Translations under genes and position numbers: made by a program
Shown: one piece after another, positions 18,971 through 28,405 of the stretch
How the letters are laid out: the number at the start of each line of letters is the position of its first letter
How positions within the stretch are numbered: the first letter of the stretch is position 1
The notes under the pieces: generated by a model
The model's input: only the letters and a program-made list of their open reading frames with translations
Database searches by the model: none
Told to the model about the DNA's origin: nothing
Sequence record: SRR22947725_3677
Reading direction: 5' to 3' (one strand)
DNA: 64,000 nucleotides

Positions 18971-19789
18971 ATGAAAAAAAAGATTTCAATAATTGGTTGT
19001 GGATGGCTTGGAAAAGCAATTGCCAAAGTACTCCTAAATGAGGGATTTGTTATTGATGGAAGCACTACCCAAAAAGACAAACTAATTGAACTAAAATCGA
19101 TGGGGATTAATCCGCATCAAATACAGCTTAGCAATGATGGGGTTTTTGGAAAACTTCTACCACTATTTGAGGAAGCAGGTATTGTAATTCTTGCCTTTCC
19201 GCCTGGTATGCGACGCAATTTAAATGCAGATTATGCCGCACGTGTGAATCACGTATTAAAAGCCATTCCAAAACATTTTGATGGTAAAATAATTCACTTG
19301 AGTAGTATCGGAGTGTTTGGAACTACGCAGGGGATTGTTTCAGAGGACAGTGTTCCAAGACCAGAGTCTGCGGTGGGTAAAGCACTATTGAAGGCAGAAA
19401 GACATATTAAAAACTTTAGTGCGCTAGCGACAGTAGTACGCCTAGGAGGGCTAGTAGGCGATGGACGGCACCCTGCAAGACAGCTTGCAGGAAAGACAAA
19501 TATTTCAGCGCCAAAAGCCCCAATAAACCTAGTGCATCAAAAAGATGTAGTTTCATTTTTAGTGAAACTAATTCAAGGAAATAATTGGGGGGACATGCTT
19601 CACTGTGTTAGCCCTATCCATACAGAAAGAGCTACTTATTACACTCATGAATGCCTAGAAAACAACTTAGTTAAGCCTATTTTTAGTGAAGACGAAAGCA
19701 AAAGAACAAAGAAGGTGTTAGATACAAAAAGTGAAAACTTACTAGGATTTCACTATCAACTACCGAACTGCCGTATTCAAGACGGGTAG
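18971..19789 (+). CDS. NAD-dependent epimerase/dehydratase (atypical SDR)
   Basis: IIGCGWLG Rossmann motif, SSIGVFG, RLGGLVG, NLVH..D. Confidence 0.85.
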   Translation: MKKKISIIGCGWLGKAIAKVLLNEGFVIDGSTTQKDKLIELKSMGINPHQIQLSNDGVFGKLLPLFEEAGIVILAFPPGMRRNLNADYAARVNHVLKAIPKHFDGKIIHLSSIGVFGTTQGIVSEDSVPRPESAVGKALLKAERHIKNFSALATVVRLGGLVGDGRHPARQLAGKTNISAPKAPINLVHQKDVVSFLVKLIQGNNWGDMLHCVSPIHTERATYYTHECLENNLVKPIFSEDESKRTKKVLDTKSENLLGFHYQLPNCRIQDG

Positions 19790-20236
19790 TTCGAGACTGT
19801 TCTCGATTCGGATTGCAAAATCATTCCAACTTTGTTTCATTTTAACAATCGCACGTGCTTGTTCTAAGGCAGGATTGACACTAAATCGTTGATCCGCGGC
19901 TAAGCTTGCATAGGTTACAAATACATTAAAACGTGATCGAATCGGATTTGAATTGAAACGCTCAGGCCAAGGTTGATTAGCAAGAGATACCGCTTCATCT
20001 TTAATATTTTTCAGAGCCACTTCGCGTTGTTCAGAAGGCATATCACTCAATGATTCCAAAAGGCTTACAAGATTTGCCCAATTGAGTGTTTCATGTACGG
20101 TAAGCTGCCTAGGAATCACTATGCTAATTATAGAATCAACAATACGCGTATCTACTGCCTCAGTACTTGAAGCAATTTGTTTTGGCTGCGTGCAAGCGGT
20201 TATGAGAAATAGAAAAGAAATAATAATAAAACGCAT
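19760..20236 (-). CDS. Hypothetical lipoprotein
   Basis: Signal peptide ending LITAC; fills the gap between genes. Confidence 0.6.
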   Translation of the reverse strand: MRFIIISFLFLITACTQPKQIASSTEAVDTRIVDSIISIVIPRQLTVHETLNWANLVSLLESLSDMPSEQREVALKNIKDEAVSLANQPWPERFNSNPIRSRFNVFVTYASLAADQRFSVNPALEQARAIVKMKQSWNDFAIRIENSLELPVLNTAVR

Positions 20237-20266
20237 ATGTAAATATAACCGTTTACCTGCTAAAAA

Positions 20267-22282
20267 CTAGTTGTAGTTTAAGCCACTTCCCTGCTTAAAT
20301 AATACTCCATCCCCATTAGGGCTAGAAGGCCATGTAAATCCAAGTGTTGCCTGTGGGTTGTAATCGCCAAAAATAACATCTGCCAATCCTTCACCTGCCA
20401 TACCGGGCAAAAACGAGGCAACAAAAGCGTCCCAATGCTCAAGCTGTTCATGTACCATTAACGGGCGTCCTGAAAGCATCACTACAACCACTAGATTTCC
20501 TGCTTCTTGTACACGTTTTATAACTTCTAAATCCGCTTTGTTTATACGCAAATCAGCGTCGTCTCCAAAGCCTTCCGCATAGGGGTACTCACCCACTACG
20601 GCCACTACAATATCTTCCTTGGAAATTGCCTGTGCATTCGGGTTGTAGGTGATTGAAGCATTTGGTGCAACTTCACGCAATCCCTCCAATACCGTCGTTC
20701 CGTTGGGCTGCAACGGACGGTTTTGCATAAAGTTCGTAAAGTCTGTAACTGAAACTTTTCCATTTCCATCCAGATCTATTTCTTTAAAATGAGCAGACCA
20801 GCTATTCGCTTCAAACTTGCCCTCATAGATTTTTTCGAGTTGGGCATTGTACTCATCAAACGAAAGCACCCCATCAGCATCATAATCTAAAAACAAAAAG
20901 TCAGGAGTAAAAAATCCTTGCCACTCAGTAGTCCATCCTCCATTTTGCACACCAAGATTATTTGCCCCTGAACCCACAACCGTAATTGAAGCATTTTTAG
21001 CTATGGGAAGTATCTTATTATTCGTTAACAGTACCGTTGATTTTTGCACTGCTTCACGAGCAAGAGCGCGATGTGATTCAGAACCAATTTTATCAAGCGA
21101 TGTGTCCTCCGTGTATGGTTCTTCAAACAATCCAAGCTCCATTTTCACTTTTAAAATACGCCGTACGGCGTCGTTTATTCGATCTATAGAAACACTGCCT
21201 TCATTCACGGCTTCAATAAGGTATTGGATAAAAAGCTTGTAATGTTTTTGCTTTTGTCCTTTCATAACTCCAGGGACCATTACCATGTCAATCCCTGCAT
21301 TTACACCGTTTATAACATCCGATTTATAATCGCCAGGGATTTCATCAATCCCTGCCCAATCGGAAATAACAAAGCCCTTAAAACCAAGCTCATCTTTCAA
21401 TAAATCTGTTAAAACATACTTACTACCATGGCACTTTTCGCCTCGGATACTATTAAAGCTAGCCATGATGGTTTTAACATCAGCGGCAATGGCTGTTTGA
21501 TACGGCGGAAGGTAAATTTCACGAAGGGTTTTATCCTCGAACTGTACATCTCCTCGGTCTAGCATATAGGTATGTATGCCATCTAAACGTGTACCGGATC
21601 CCCAAACCGTTGCGCCATCACCAATAAAGTGTTTAGCACAAGCGGCCACTTGCTTGTTTTGTACCTCATCCAATCGGTCTTGGTACCCCAAAACAGCAGC
21701 TTTGGTAAGGCCATTTACTCTTTCTGTTGTTTGACCAAAGCCTTCATAAAAACGACCCCATCTTGGGTCTTGAGGAATAGTAATACAGGGCGAAAATGTC
21801 CAGTGAATTCCGGTTGCAGCGACTTCAATAGCTGTTGCCTTGTTAACACGGTACACAAGATCTGCATCGTTTGCAGCACCAAGGGCAAGGTTGTGCGGGA
21901 AAACGGTAGCGCCCAAGACATTGTTATGGCCATGAACGGCATCTATGCCATAAATAAGGGGAATACTGAGGCGATCGCTTAATGCAATCGCCTGTAGCCC
22001 GTTTACCATGTCGAGCCAGCCTTTGGGTGTGTTGTTTTTTGGAACCGAACCTCCGCCACTTAATATAGAACCAATATGATAGGTTTTAATATCTTGAACA
22101 TCGTCCAACAAGCGTACGTCAATTTGAGTCATTTGCCCCACTTTTTCCGCAAGGGTCATTTGCTCCAAGACGAGCGTGACTTTTTTAGAAATTTCTTTAT
22201 CGTTCTGTTTTTTTGAAGGTAAAGTACAAGAGGTGTAAAGCGATAAAACTACTAAAACTGAAAGGAGATGCGTTGTATTCAT
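20267..22282 (-). CDS. GH3 beta-glucosidase lipoprotein with an inserted EF-hand pair
   Basis: MTLAEKVGQMTQ, GIDAVHGHNN, CAKHFIGDG, FVISDW nucleophile, GEYPYAEG. Start moved to ATG 22282 (signal ending LYTSC) to avoid overlap with the upstream gene. Confidence 0.92.
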   Translation of the reverse strand: MNTTHLLSVLVVLSLYTSCTLPSKKQNDKEISKKVTLVLEQMTLAEKVGQMTQIDVRLLDDVQDIKTYHIGSILSGGGSVPKNNTPKGWLDMVNGLQAIALSDRLSIPLIYGIDAVHGHNNVLGATVFPHNLALGAANDADLVYRVNKATAIEVAATGIHWTFSPCITIPQDPRWGRFYEGFGQTTERVNGLTKAAVLGYQDRLDEVQNKQVAACAKHFIGDGATVWGSGTRLDGIHTYMLDRGDVQFEDKTLREIYLPPYQTAIAADVKTIMASFNSIRGEKCHGSKYVLTDLLKDELGFKGFVISDWAGIDEIPGDYKSDVINGVNAGIDMVMVPGVMKGQKQKHYKLFIQYLIEAVNEGSVSIDRINDAVRRILKVKMELGLFEEPYTEDTSLDKIGSESHRALAREAVQKSTVLLTNNKILPIAKNASITVVGSGANNLGVQNGGWTTEWQGFFTPDFLFLDYDADGVLSFDEYNAQLEKIYEGKFEANSWSAHFKEIDLDGNGKVSVTDFTNFMQNRPLQPNGTTVLEGLREVAPNASITYNPNAQAISKEDIVVAVVGEYPYAEGFGDDADLRINKADLEVIKRVQEAGNLVVVVMLSGRPLMVHEQLEHWDAFVASFLPGMAGEGLADVIFGDYNPQATLGFTWPSSPNGDGVLFKQGSGLNYN

Positions 22283-22304
22283 ACAGCAGTAAAGGTAACT
22301 ATAA

Positions 22305-23222
22305 TTAGAACTTAAGTGTCTCTGTTTTATCCCAGAGTCCCCAATATGCGCCAACCTCGCCTTCGGGACCGACTTTCCAAGATTCATCAAATGATGAAAA
22401 ATAAAACAGCTCAACATTTGCTGCCTTAGCCCATCTTTGAGTATTGATGAAATATTTCATAGCATTCGCTTCCGAAGGGATCGATCCTTTAAAGTCCTCG
22501 CCTTTACTTGGCCATCCGGCTTCGGTAATAATTACTTTTTTGCCATTGGCTGCGGCCATGGCTTGCCCATACATTTGCTGCATGTGGTTTAGTGCATATT
22601 CCTCCGGGCATCCCTCCCAAAACGGATAGCAATTGGCCAAAATAACATCAGTGTTTTCAACCAATTCTGGATGTAATGAAAATTCGTAATACGCATCTAC
22701 ATAGCCTAAAGCAACATGTGCGGGAATCGCTTTGCGTACGCGTTTTATGTAGGACAATAATTCCTCCAGAGTAAGTTCTTTTCGGTAAAGGACCTCGTTT
22801 CCAACCGCAGCAATGTCTACATAACCTTCATTTGCCAAGCGGATTAATGCTTCGATTTCTTCTTCGTTTTTTTCTAAATTATCACTCAACCAAGCACCCG
22901 TCAAGGTTTTTAGACCGTGTTTTTTTGCTAGCGTTGGAATGTATTCATTCCCCTCAATACACGAAAAGGAGCGAATCCACTTTGTGTATGGTTTTAAAAT
23001 CGAAATACGGCGTTCTACTTGTTCCTCGGAAATGGTATCGCCAGGTTGTTGGGCATCCTCATACATACTAAAGCAAATACCGTGCATACCAGACATTAGT
23101 GTCTTTATCCAAAGCTCTTTTAGTTCATCTTCATTGAATTTATCAAAATATACCCCGATACCTTTGTCGGGTTTTTGTTCTAGTTCATCTAAGTGGAATA
23201 CTTTACCTTCTCTGTAAGACAT
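22305..23222 (-). CDS. GH17 beta-1,3-glucanase/glucosidase, no signal peptide
   Basis: GICFSMY, WIRSFS, VGNEV acid/base, ITEAGWP nucleophile, SSFDESWK. Confidence 0.88.
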   Translation of the reverse strand: MSYREGKVFHLDELEQKPDKGIGVYFDKFNEDELKELWIKTLMSGMHGICFSMYEDAQQPGDTISEEQVERRISILKPYTKWIRSFSCIEGNEYIPTLAKKHGLKTLTGAWLSDNLEKNEEEIEALIRLANEGYVDIAAVGNEVLYRKELTLEELLSYIKRVRKAIPAHVALGYVDAYYEFSLHPELVENTDVILANCYPFWEGCPEEYALNHMQQMYGQAMAAANGKKVIITEAGWPSKGEDFKGSIPSEANAMKYFINTQRWAKAANVELFYFSSFDESWKVGPEGEVGAYWGLWDKTETLKF

Positions 23223-23226
23223 CTTA

Positions 23227-25581
23227 TTAAGATTTTAATTTTTCATTTTTATCCCAAATGCCCCAACGCGCACCAACGTCTCCTTCATGATGGACTTTCC
23301 AAGACTCATCGAATGAAGAGAAGTAGAATACCGACACTTGTTCTTTTTCTGCCCAACTATTTGCATTTACAAAATACTGCATGGAGTTTACCTTAGATGG
23401 GTTAGCAGCTTCCACACTGTTGCCTTCGCTAGGCCATCCAGTCTCTGTGATGATGACTGGTTTGTTATTCGCTACATTTTTAGTTGCCGCATACATTTCT
23501 TTAAGGTATGCTGTTGACGATTCGATTTTACATCCTTCCCAGAAAGGATAACAGTTTATTAAAATCACGTCACAAGCTTCGACTAGCTTTGGACGTTGAA
23601 AATATTGATAATAGGCATCTACATAACCCACGATAACGTTGGGGTTTGCTTTCTTTACTCGTGCTATATATTCAATTATTTGCTTCTCACTTTGTTCACC
23701 GCGCATTAGCACCTCATTTCCCACAACAGCAATATCTACTAGATTCTGGCTAACGAGATTTATCAATGCGTTTATTTCTTTTTCATTTTCCTCGGCATTT
23801 TTGCCGATCCAAGCACCAACCATAGTGTTTAATCCTTTTGCCTTTGCTGCTTTGGGAATAAGCTCATTTCCATGTGTACAAGAGAACGAGCGAATCCATT
23901 TGGAATGGGGCGCAACAATATCCATACGCTTCTTGATTTGGGCATATGTAAGCGTATCCCCAACATTTTGATTTTCTGTGTATGGGCTAAAGCATAATCC
24001 ATGCAGTCCTTTGTCCAAGGTTTCCTTGAACAGCTTGACTTGTTGCATGCTTTCAAGACTACTAAAGTCTGTATCTGTAGATAATGCTTTATTAAAATTG
24101 GCACCTGTCAGTTGTTGTAATTTTCTCACCTCATAAAAAGATGTAAGAGATTTCTGGGAGTTTTTTCTTTCTCTAAGCTGTACTCTGATTTCATTTGAGC
24201 GCTCTTCATCAATATTGTAGTCGCGCATGATGTACATTGCAATAAGTGTTCCTACTAAAGGGAAGAAGCAGAAAAATGCATGTAAGCCATCAACTGCTGA
24301 TTGTTGATCGGTTGTTGCTAAGTCTGGATTAAAACCAACTAATGCAATAATCACTCCACTAAGTGCTCCTGCAATAGCAAAGCCAACCTTAACCATCCAC
24401 CAATAAATTGCACCAAAAAGACCTTCTCTGCGTAAACCCGTATTCAATTCATCTACGTCAATTACGTCTGCAGTCATAGACATCATAATGGTAAATAAGC
24501 TGCCTATCCCAAAAGAAAAAAATGGAAGGGCGATGATATACATCCATGGTTTGCCAGGAACAAATAAGAACCAAAGCAAAATATAGCCAATGATAGAAAT
24601 ACTTTGTGACAATAAAAACGCTTTTTTCTTGCCAAATCTTTTGGACAGCCTGGTAATGACGGGTATGACAATGAAGGTGGTGCCCAAGGCACCTAAACAT
24701 CCAAATAATGAAACCCATATGCCACTTGCCTCAGCATCACCATTAAATAGTTTGAATACAATCACAAAAAATGTTAGTGATGCAACAGTGTTAAATGCGT
24801 TAAAAATTAAAAAGGTAGCTCCACATAATTTTCTAAACTCTTTAATTTTAAAGGCCTCTACAAAACTGTGATAAATCTTCATTAAGCTATTCCCTATGTT
24901 AGCAGCATTGAGAGGTTCATAGTTTTCGTTTAGAGTTGACTTACTTTTTATAAAAATAGCAGGAACCATTGCACAAATAGCACATGGAATAGCAATCCAT
25001 ATAGCCAACTCACGTACGGCTACTTCAGCAGATGGAAACCATTCGGGGTCATACATAATGACCCAAAACCAAGGTGCAATGACCCAAGCCCATTGACCAA
25101 TCCATTGAGCAATAGCCATAATACTTGTACGTTCGTGAAAATCGTCACTCATCTCGTAGCCCATGGCTACGTAGGGAACGCTAAACAGGGTAAGACCTAA
25201 GTAAAAAATCACCGACCAAAAGAAGAAGTACCAGAAATTAAAGTTGAGTGAATTTTCTTTAAACAGCTGCCACATAAAGATATAAGCAATACCCATCAAG
25301 AGTCCACCAAAAAAAACATATTGTCTACGCCGTCCCCATTTTGATTTTGTGTTATCTGAAATAAAGCCCATAATTGGGTCTGTAATGGAATCGAATATTC
25401 TTGGGAAAAAATAAATTAATGACCACATCCAACCTGGGAATCCTAAGTCTTGTACCAAGACAACCATAAAAATTCCTAATATGGCGGGGAACATTTGATT
25501 CGCTAACATTCCAAAACCAAAGGCGATTTTTTGACCCATATGTACTTTAGTGGTATGAGCAGTATGTGGTTGGCTTTTCAT
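23227..25581 (-). CDS. MFS/GPH sugar transporter fused to a C-terminal GH17 domain
   Basis: N-terminal multi-pass permease (DSITDPIMG..SDNTKSKWGRRR, RREGLF); C-terminal VGNEV, ITETGWP, SSFDESWK. Confidence 0.9.
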   Translation of the reverse strand: MKSQPHTAHTTKVHMGQKIAFGFGMLANQMFPAILGIFMVVLVQDLGFPGWMWSLIYFFPRIFDSITDPIMGFISDNTKSKWGRRRQYVFFGGLLMGIAYIFMWQLFKENSLNFNFWYFFFWSVIFYLGLTLFSVPYVAMGYEMSDDFHERTSIMAIAQWIGQWAWVIAPWFWVIMYDPEWFPSAEVAVRELAIWIAIPCAICAMVPAIFIKSKSTLNENYEPLNAANIGNSLMKIYHSFVEAFKIKEFRKLCGATFLIFNAFNTVASLTFFVIVFKLFNGDAEASGIWVSLFGCLGALGTTFIVIPVITRLSKRFGKKKAFLLSQSISIIGYILLWFLFVPGKPWMYIIALPFFSFGIGSLFTIMMSMTADVIDVDELNTGLRREGLFGAIYWWMVKVGFAIAGALSGVIIALVGFNPDLATTDQQSAVDGLHAFFCFFPLVGTLIAMYIMRDYNIDEERSNEIRVQLRERKNSQKSLTSFYEVRKLQQLTGANFNKALSTDTDFSSLESMQQVKLFKETLDKGLHGLCFSPYTENQNVGDTLTYAQIKKRMDIVAPHSKWIRSFSCTHGNELIPKAAKAKGLNTMVGAWIGKNAEENEKEINALINLVSQNLVDIAVVGNEVLMRGEQSEKQIIEYIARVKKANPNVIVGYVDAYYQYFQRPKLVEACDVILINCYPFWEGCKIESSTAYLKEMYAATKNVANNKPVIITETGWPSEGNSVEAANPSKVNSMQYFVNANSWAEKEQVSVFYFSSFDESWKVHHEGDVGARWGIWDKNEKLKS

Positions 25582-25591
25582 GGTTTCGGTT

Positions 25592-27070
25592 TTAGAGATT
25601 GGTTATTACAATCGTTTGTATTGCTTGAGGTTCTATTGTTATTTTTTTGCTTAGTTGATTTAAGTTTAATTTGAAACTTTTTTGTGTCTTGCTTTCATTA
25701 AAGACAACAACTGCAATACTCCCATCGGGGTTTTTTGCTGCTGCTACCATAAGCTGGTCGTCCGTGTTTTTTGAGTCAATAACTATTGCCCCGGGACGAA
25801 TAAACTTACTAAAATGCGACATGATGTAGTATAGCGGAGTGAAGTACACTTCGTCTTTATCCGTATCTACAATAACAGGAGCAATACACCAGTTGTTGGC
25901 CCAGTTTGGTCCTCCCTTGGTGTCTAATACCATATTCCAATCGACCCAGCCGTCTACCCAATTATTCAGGCAGCCAATAATGTCCCGCGCATAGCGATTG
26001 GCAGGTGCATATTTAGGGTGTAAATATTTATTTTCAGCCTCGCGCCAATCATACCCCCAATCGGTTGCTTCTTTTTTCCAATACCATTTATCATCTTCCC
26101 AAACAGGAACTTCAGCATCAATACAGCCTTCGGTTTGAATCAACAATTTATCGGGTGCTTTTTGGTGAGCGTACTGTAAAGCTTCTGGGAAATATTCGTA
26201 AGTACTGTCATACCAATGCACGGCGGTTCCCGAAAAATACTTAGACGATGCTTCGTCCTTATACATATCGTCTACCCATTCTGTAACACCACTACGATTT
26301 TGATCATATCCTAGAATTTTAATATCTCCTTTGCCATCTGATTCAAGTTTCGGCCCTAAATAATGCTGAACAAAATGGGTCATTTCTGCTGGAGAATAAT
26401 GCATACTTTCCCAGTTTTCACCATTTCCATGAGGCTCGTTTTCTACAGTAAATCCCCAAATATCTATTCCTTCAGCCTTGTAAGCATCAACATACTTGGA
26501 AAAGAATAGTGCCCAAGTGTCGTAATATTCAGGAAGTAATTTCCCACCTACCCATTTGTTGTTGTCTTTCATCCAAGGAGCGGCAGTCCAAGGAGAAGCA
26601 AACAGGCGAAATCCATCTTCTGAAATTGCCATTGCATCCTTTATCATCGGGATTAGATCATCTTTATCTTCATCAATAGAAAAATGCTCTAAGTTTTTAT
26701 CTCCGGCGACAGGTGAATAGGAATAATTGTTAAGCGAAAAATCACAAGAATTCATGTGAGTCCTAGTGAGGGAATATCTAGCACCCTCATTGGCAAAATA
26801 TGCTTTTAAAATACGGGTCCGATTTTCTTTACTTACTTGATTTAAAAGGTAAGCGGAAGACTCTGTAAAAGCACCTCCAAATCCTGTAATGGTTTGCAAT
26901 TCAGACGTCGTATCCAGGTCTATCGTTGTAGTGTTTTCTACCGTTTCGAAAGCAGTGACTAACGTTAATTTATTGCCGCTTTCTGAAGTTTCATAAACTT
27001 CAATTTTAGGTTTATTTGATGTACATGAAACCGTCATAATGTATAGAGTTAAAAGGATGCTTTTTTTCAT
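25592..27070 (-). CDS. GH30 glycoside hydrolase lipoprotein (probable beta-1,6-glucanase)
   Basis: QTITGFGGAFT, SCDFS, ASPWTAAPWMK, ENEP, QTEGC, WVDWN; signal ending TVSC. Confidence 0.88.
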   Translation of the reverse strand: MKKSILLTLYIMTVSCTSNKPKIEVYETSESGNKLTLVTAFETVENTTTIDLDTTSELQTITGFGGAFTESSAYLLNQVSKENRTRILKAYFANEGARYSLTRTHMNSCDFSLNNYSYSPVAGDKNLEHFSIDEDKDDLIPMIKDAMAISEDGFRLFASPWTAAPWMKDNNKWVGGKLLPEYYDTWALFFSKYVDAYKAEGIDIWGFTVENEPHGNGENWESMHYSPAEMTHFVQHYLGPKLESDGKGDIKILGYDQNRSGVTEWVDDMYKDEASSKYFSGTAVHWYDSTYEYFPEALQYAHQKAPDKLLIQTEGCIDAEVPVWEDDKWYWKKEATDWGYDWREAENKYLHPKYAPANRYARDIIGCLNNWVDGWVDWNMVLDTKGGPNWANNWCIAPVIVDTDKDEVYFTPLYYIMSHFSKFIRPGAIVIDSKNTDDQLMVAAAKNPDGSIAVVVFNESKTQKSFKLNLNQLSKKITIEPQAIQTIVITNL

Positions 27071-27080
27071 GTGGTAGTTT

Positions 27081-28361
27081 TTAATTGAGTTTGGGTTCTA
27101 AAAGAATAGGAGGGATAACAGAAACAAACAGGTTTTCTGTACTTCCCTTGAAGGTTTTAACAATTGGGTTTTCTGTTCTAGTAAGCCCATCAAATACCCC
27201 TTTATCAACCAAATCCCAAAGGGCGTATTTTGCTTTGCCGTCAACCGTGAATAAGCCAAAATGATTTTCAGAACCTTTGGAATTATTGGCATCTTTCCAG
27301 CGCTCATCAAAAGCTTCAAAAAAGAAACATGCTATGTTGTTTTCGTTGGTCCAGGTTCTCATAAACTTATAGTACAATGCTTGTTTGTACTCATCTGCTG
27401 CATGCGATCCCTTTCGACCATAAAAACCACCAGAAATAGTTGCCCATCCAGTTTCTCCGATATGAATTGGTTTTTCAATTCCTAAACCAGCCACATAATC
27501 TTTAACGCTTGTGTATTGCCCAATGGCATAATCCCGTGCATTCAGCATTGCCGTTTGAATTTGTTCGAGTTGAGACTGCCCCTCAACGTCCTCAGGGTTC
27601 GCCTCCCAAAATACAGCGTTATAATGCGTATCGTGAAACGGATAGGTGTGCATCGATATATAATCAACGGCAGCTACCAAGGCTTCTAGTGATGCATTGT
27701 GATACTCGCTATCACCACCACCCCAAGAGGCAAAGTTGTCTGAACTTGTAATCCATAAAGATTGGGGTAATGCGCCGTCTTGCTTAAGTTGTTGCAGGTG
27801 GTTTACCCATTTTAAAATAACATCAGCTTGTACATAGTAACTAGTTGCCCATTTGACCATGGCTTCGTTTCCTACGGCAAGTACTTTTACAATATCCGAG
27901 TATTCATTTGCCAATGCTACTGCGCGTTGAATTTCGTCGGCGTTGTGTGGGCTTTCAACGTAATGATTTACTACGTGTGGGGTCCAAGCGTTTAAACAAT
28001 CAATCCAAGCGCCTAACATAACATACATCTCAAAATCAGGGTCTTCACTTTTAAGGGCTTTAATAGCCTTAAGAATGTTGGATGCATGCGGCAATTGTAC
28101 ATTATACGTTCTAAGAATACGGATTCCCATTGCAGATAGAATTTTTAAGTCCTCCTTTAATTCCTCAACAGTAGGCTGAATATCCCTTGATTTTCCTCTG
28201 TATCCCCCATAAGAAATTGCAGGGTATTTAGGATTTCCCAAAATATCTGCAGCTGTAATGGTGTTTTCTTTCATATTTGAATGCTGTGTATTACAGGAAA
28301 CTGAGAGTACTAAAACGTTTAAGAAAAACCCATAAAGTCCGATATTTCTTAAAATGTCCAT
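27081..28361 (-). CDS. GH17-type endo-beta-1,3-glucanase lipoprotein
   Basis: AISYGGYR, ILRTY, VGNEAM, IGETGWA, FEAFDE.WK, SENHFGL. Confidence 0.82.
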   Translation of the reverse strand: MDILRNIGLYGFFLNVLVLSVSCNTQHSNMKENTITAADILGNPKYPAISYGGYRGKSRDIQPTVEELKEDLKILSAMGIRILRTYNVQLPHASNILKAIKALKSEDPDFEMYVMLGAWIDCLNAWTPHVVNHYVESPHNADEIQRAVALANEYSDIVKVLAVGNEAMVKWATSYYVQADVILKWVNHLQQLKQDGALPQSLWITSSDNFASWGGGDSEYHNASLEALVAAVDYISMHTYPFHDTHYNAVFWEANPEDVEGQSQLEQIQTAMLNARDYAIGQYTSVKDYVAGLGIEKPIHIGETGWATISGGFYGRKGSHAADEYKQALYYKFMRTWTNENNIACFFFEAFDERWKDANNSKGSENHFGLFTVDGKAKYALWDLVDKGVFDGLTRTENPIVKTFKGSTENLFVSVIPPILLEPKLN

Positions 28362-28405
28362 ATGATGCTATCCTAGCAAACCTGATTAATTTCTTTGTTG
28401 TCCAA

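Noticed and set aside
22283-22417. N-terminal extension of the GH3 ORF in the ORF track
   Set aside because: It overlaps the upstream GH17 gene; ATG 22282 gives a proper lipoprotein signal.
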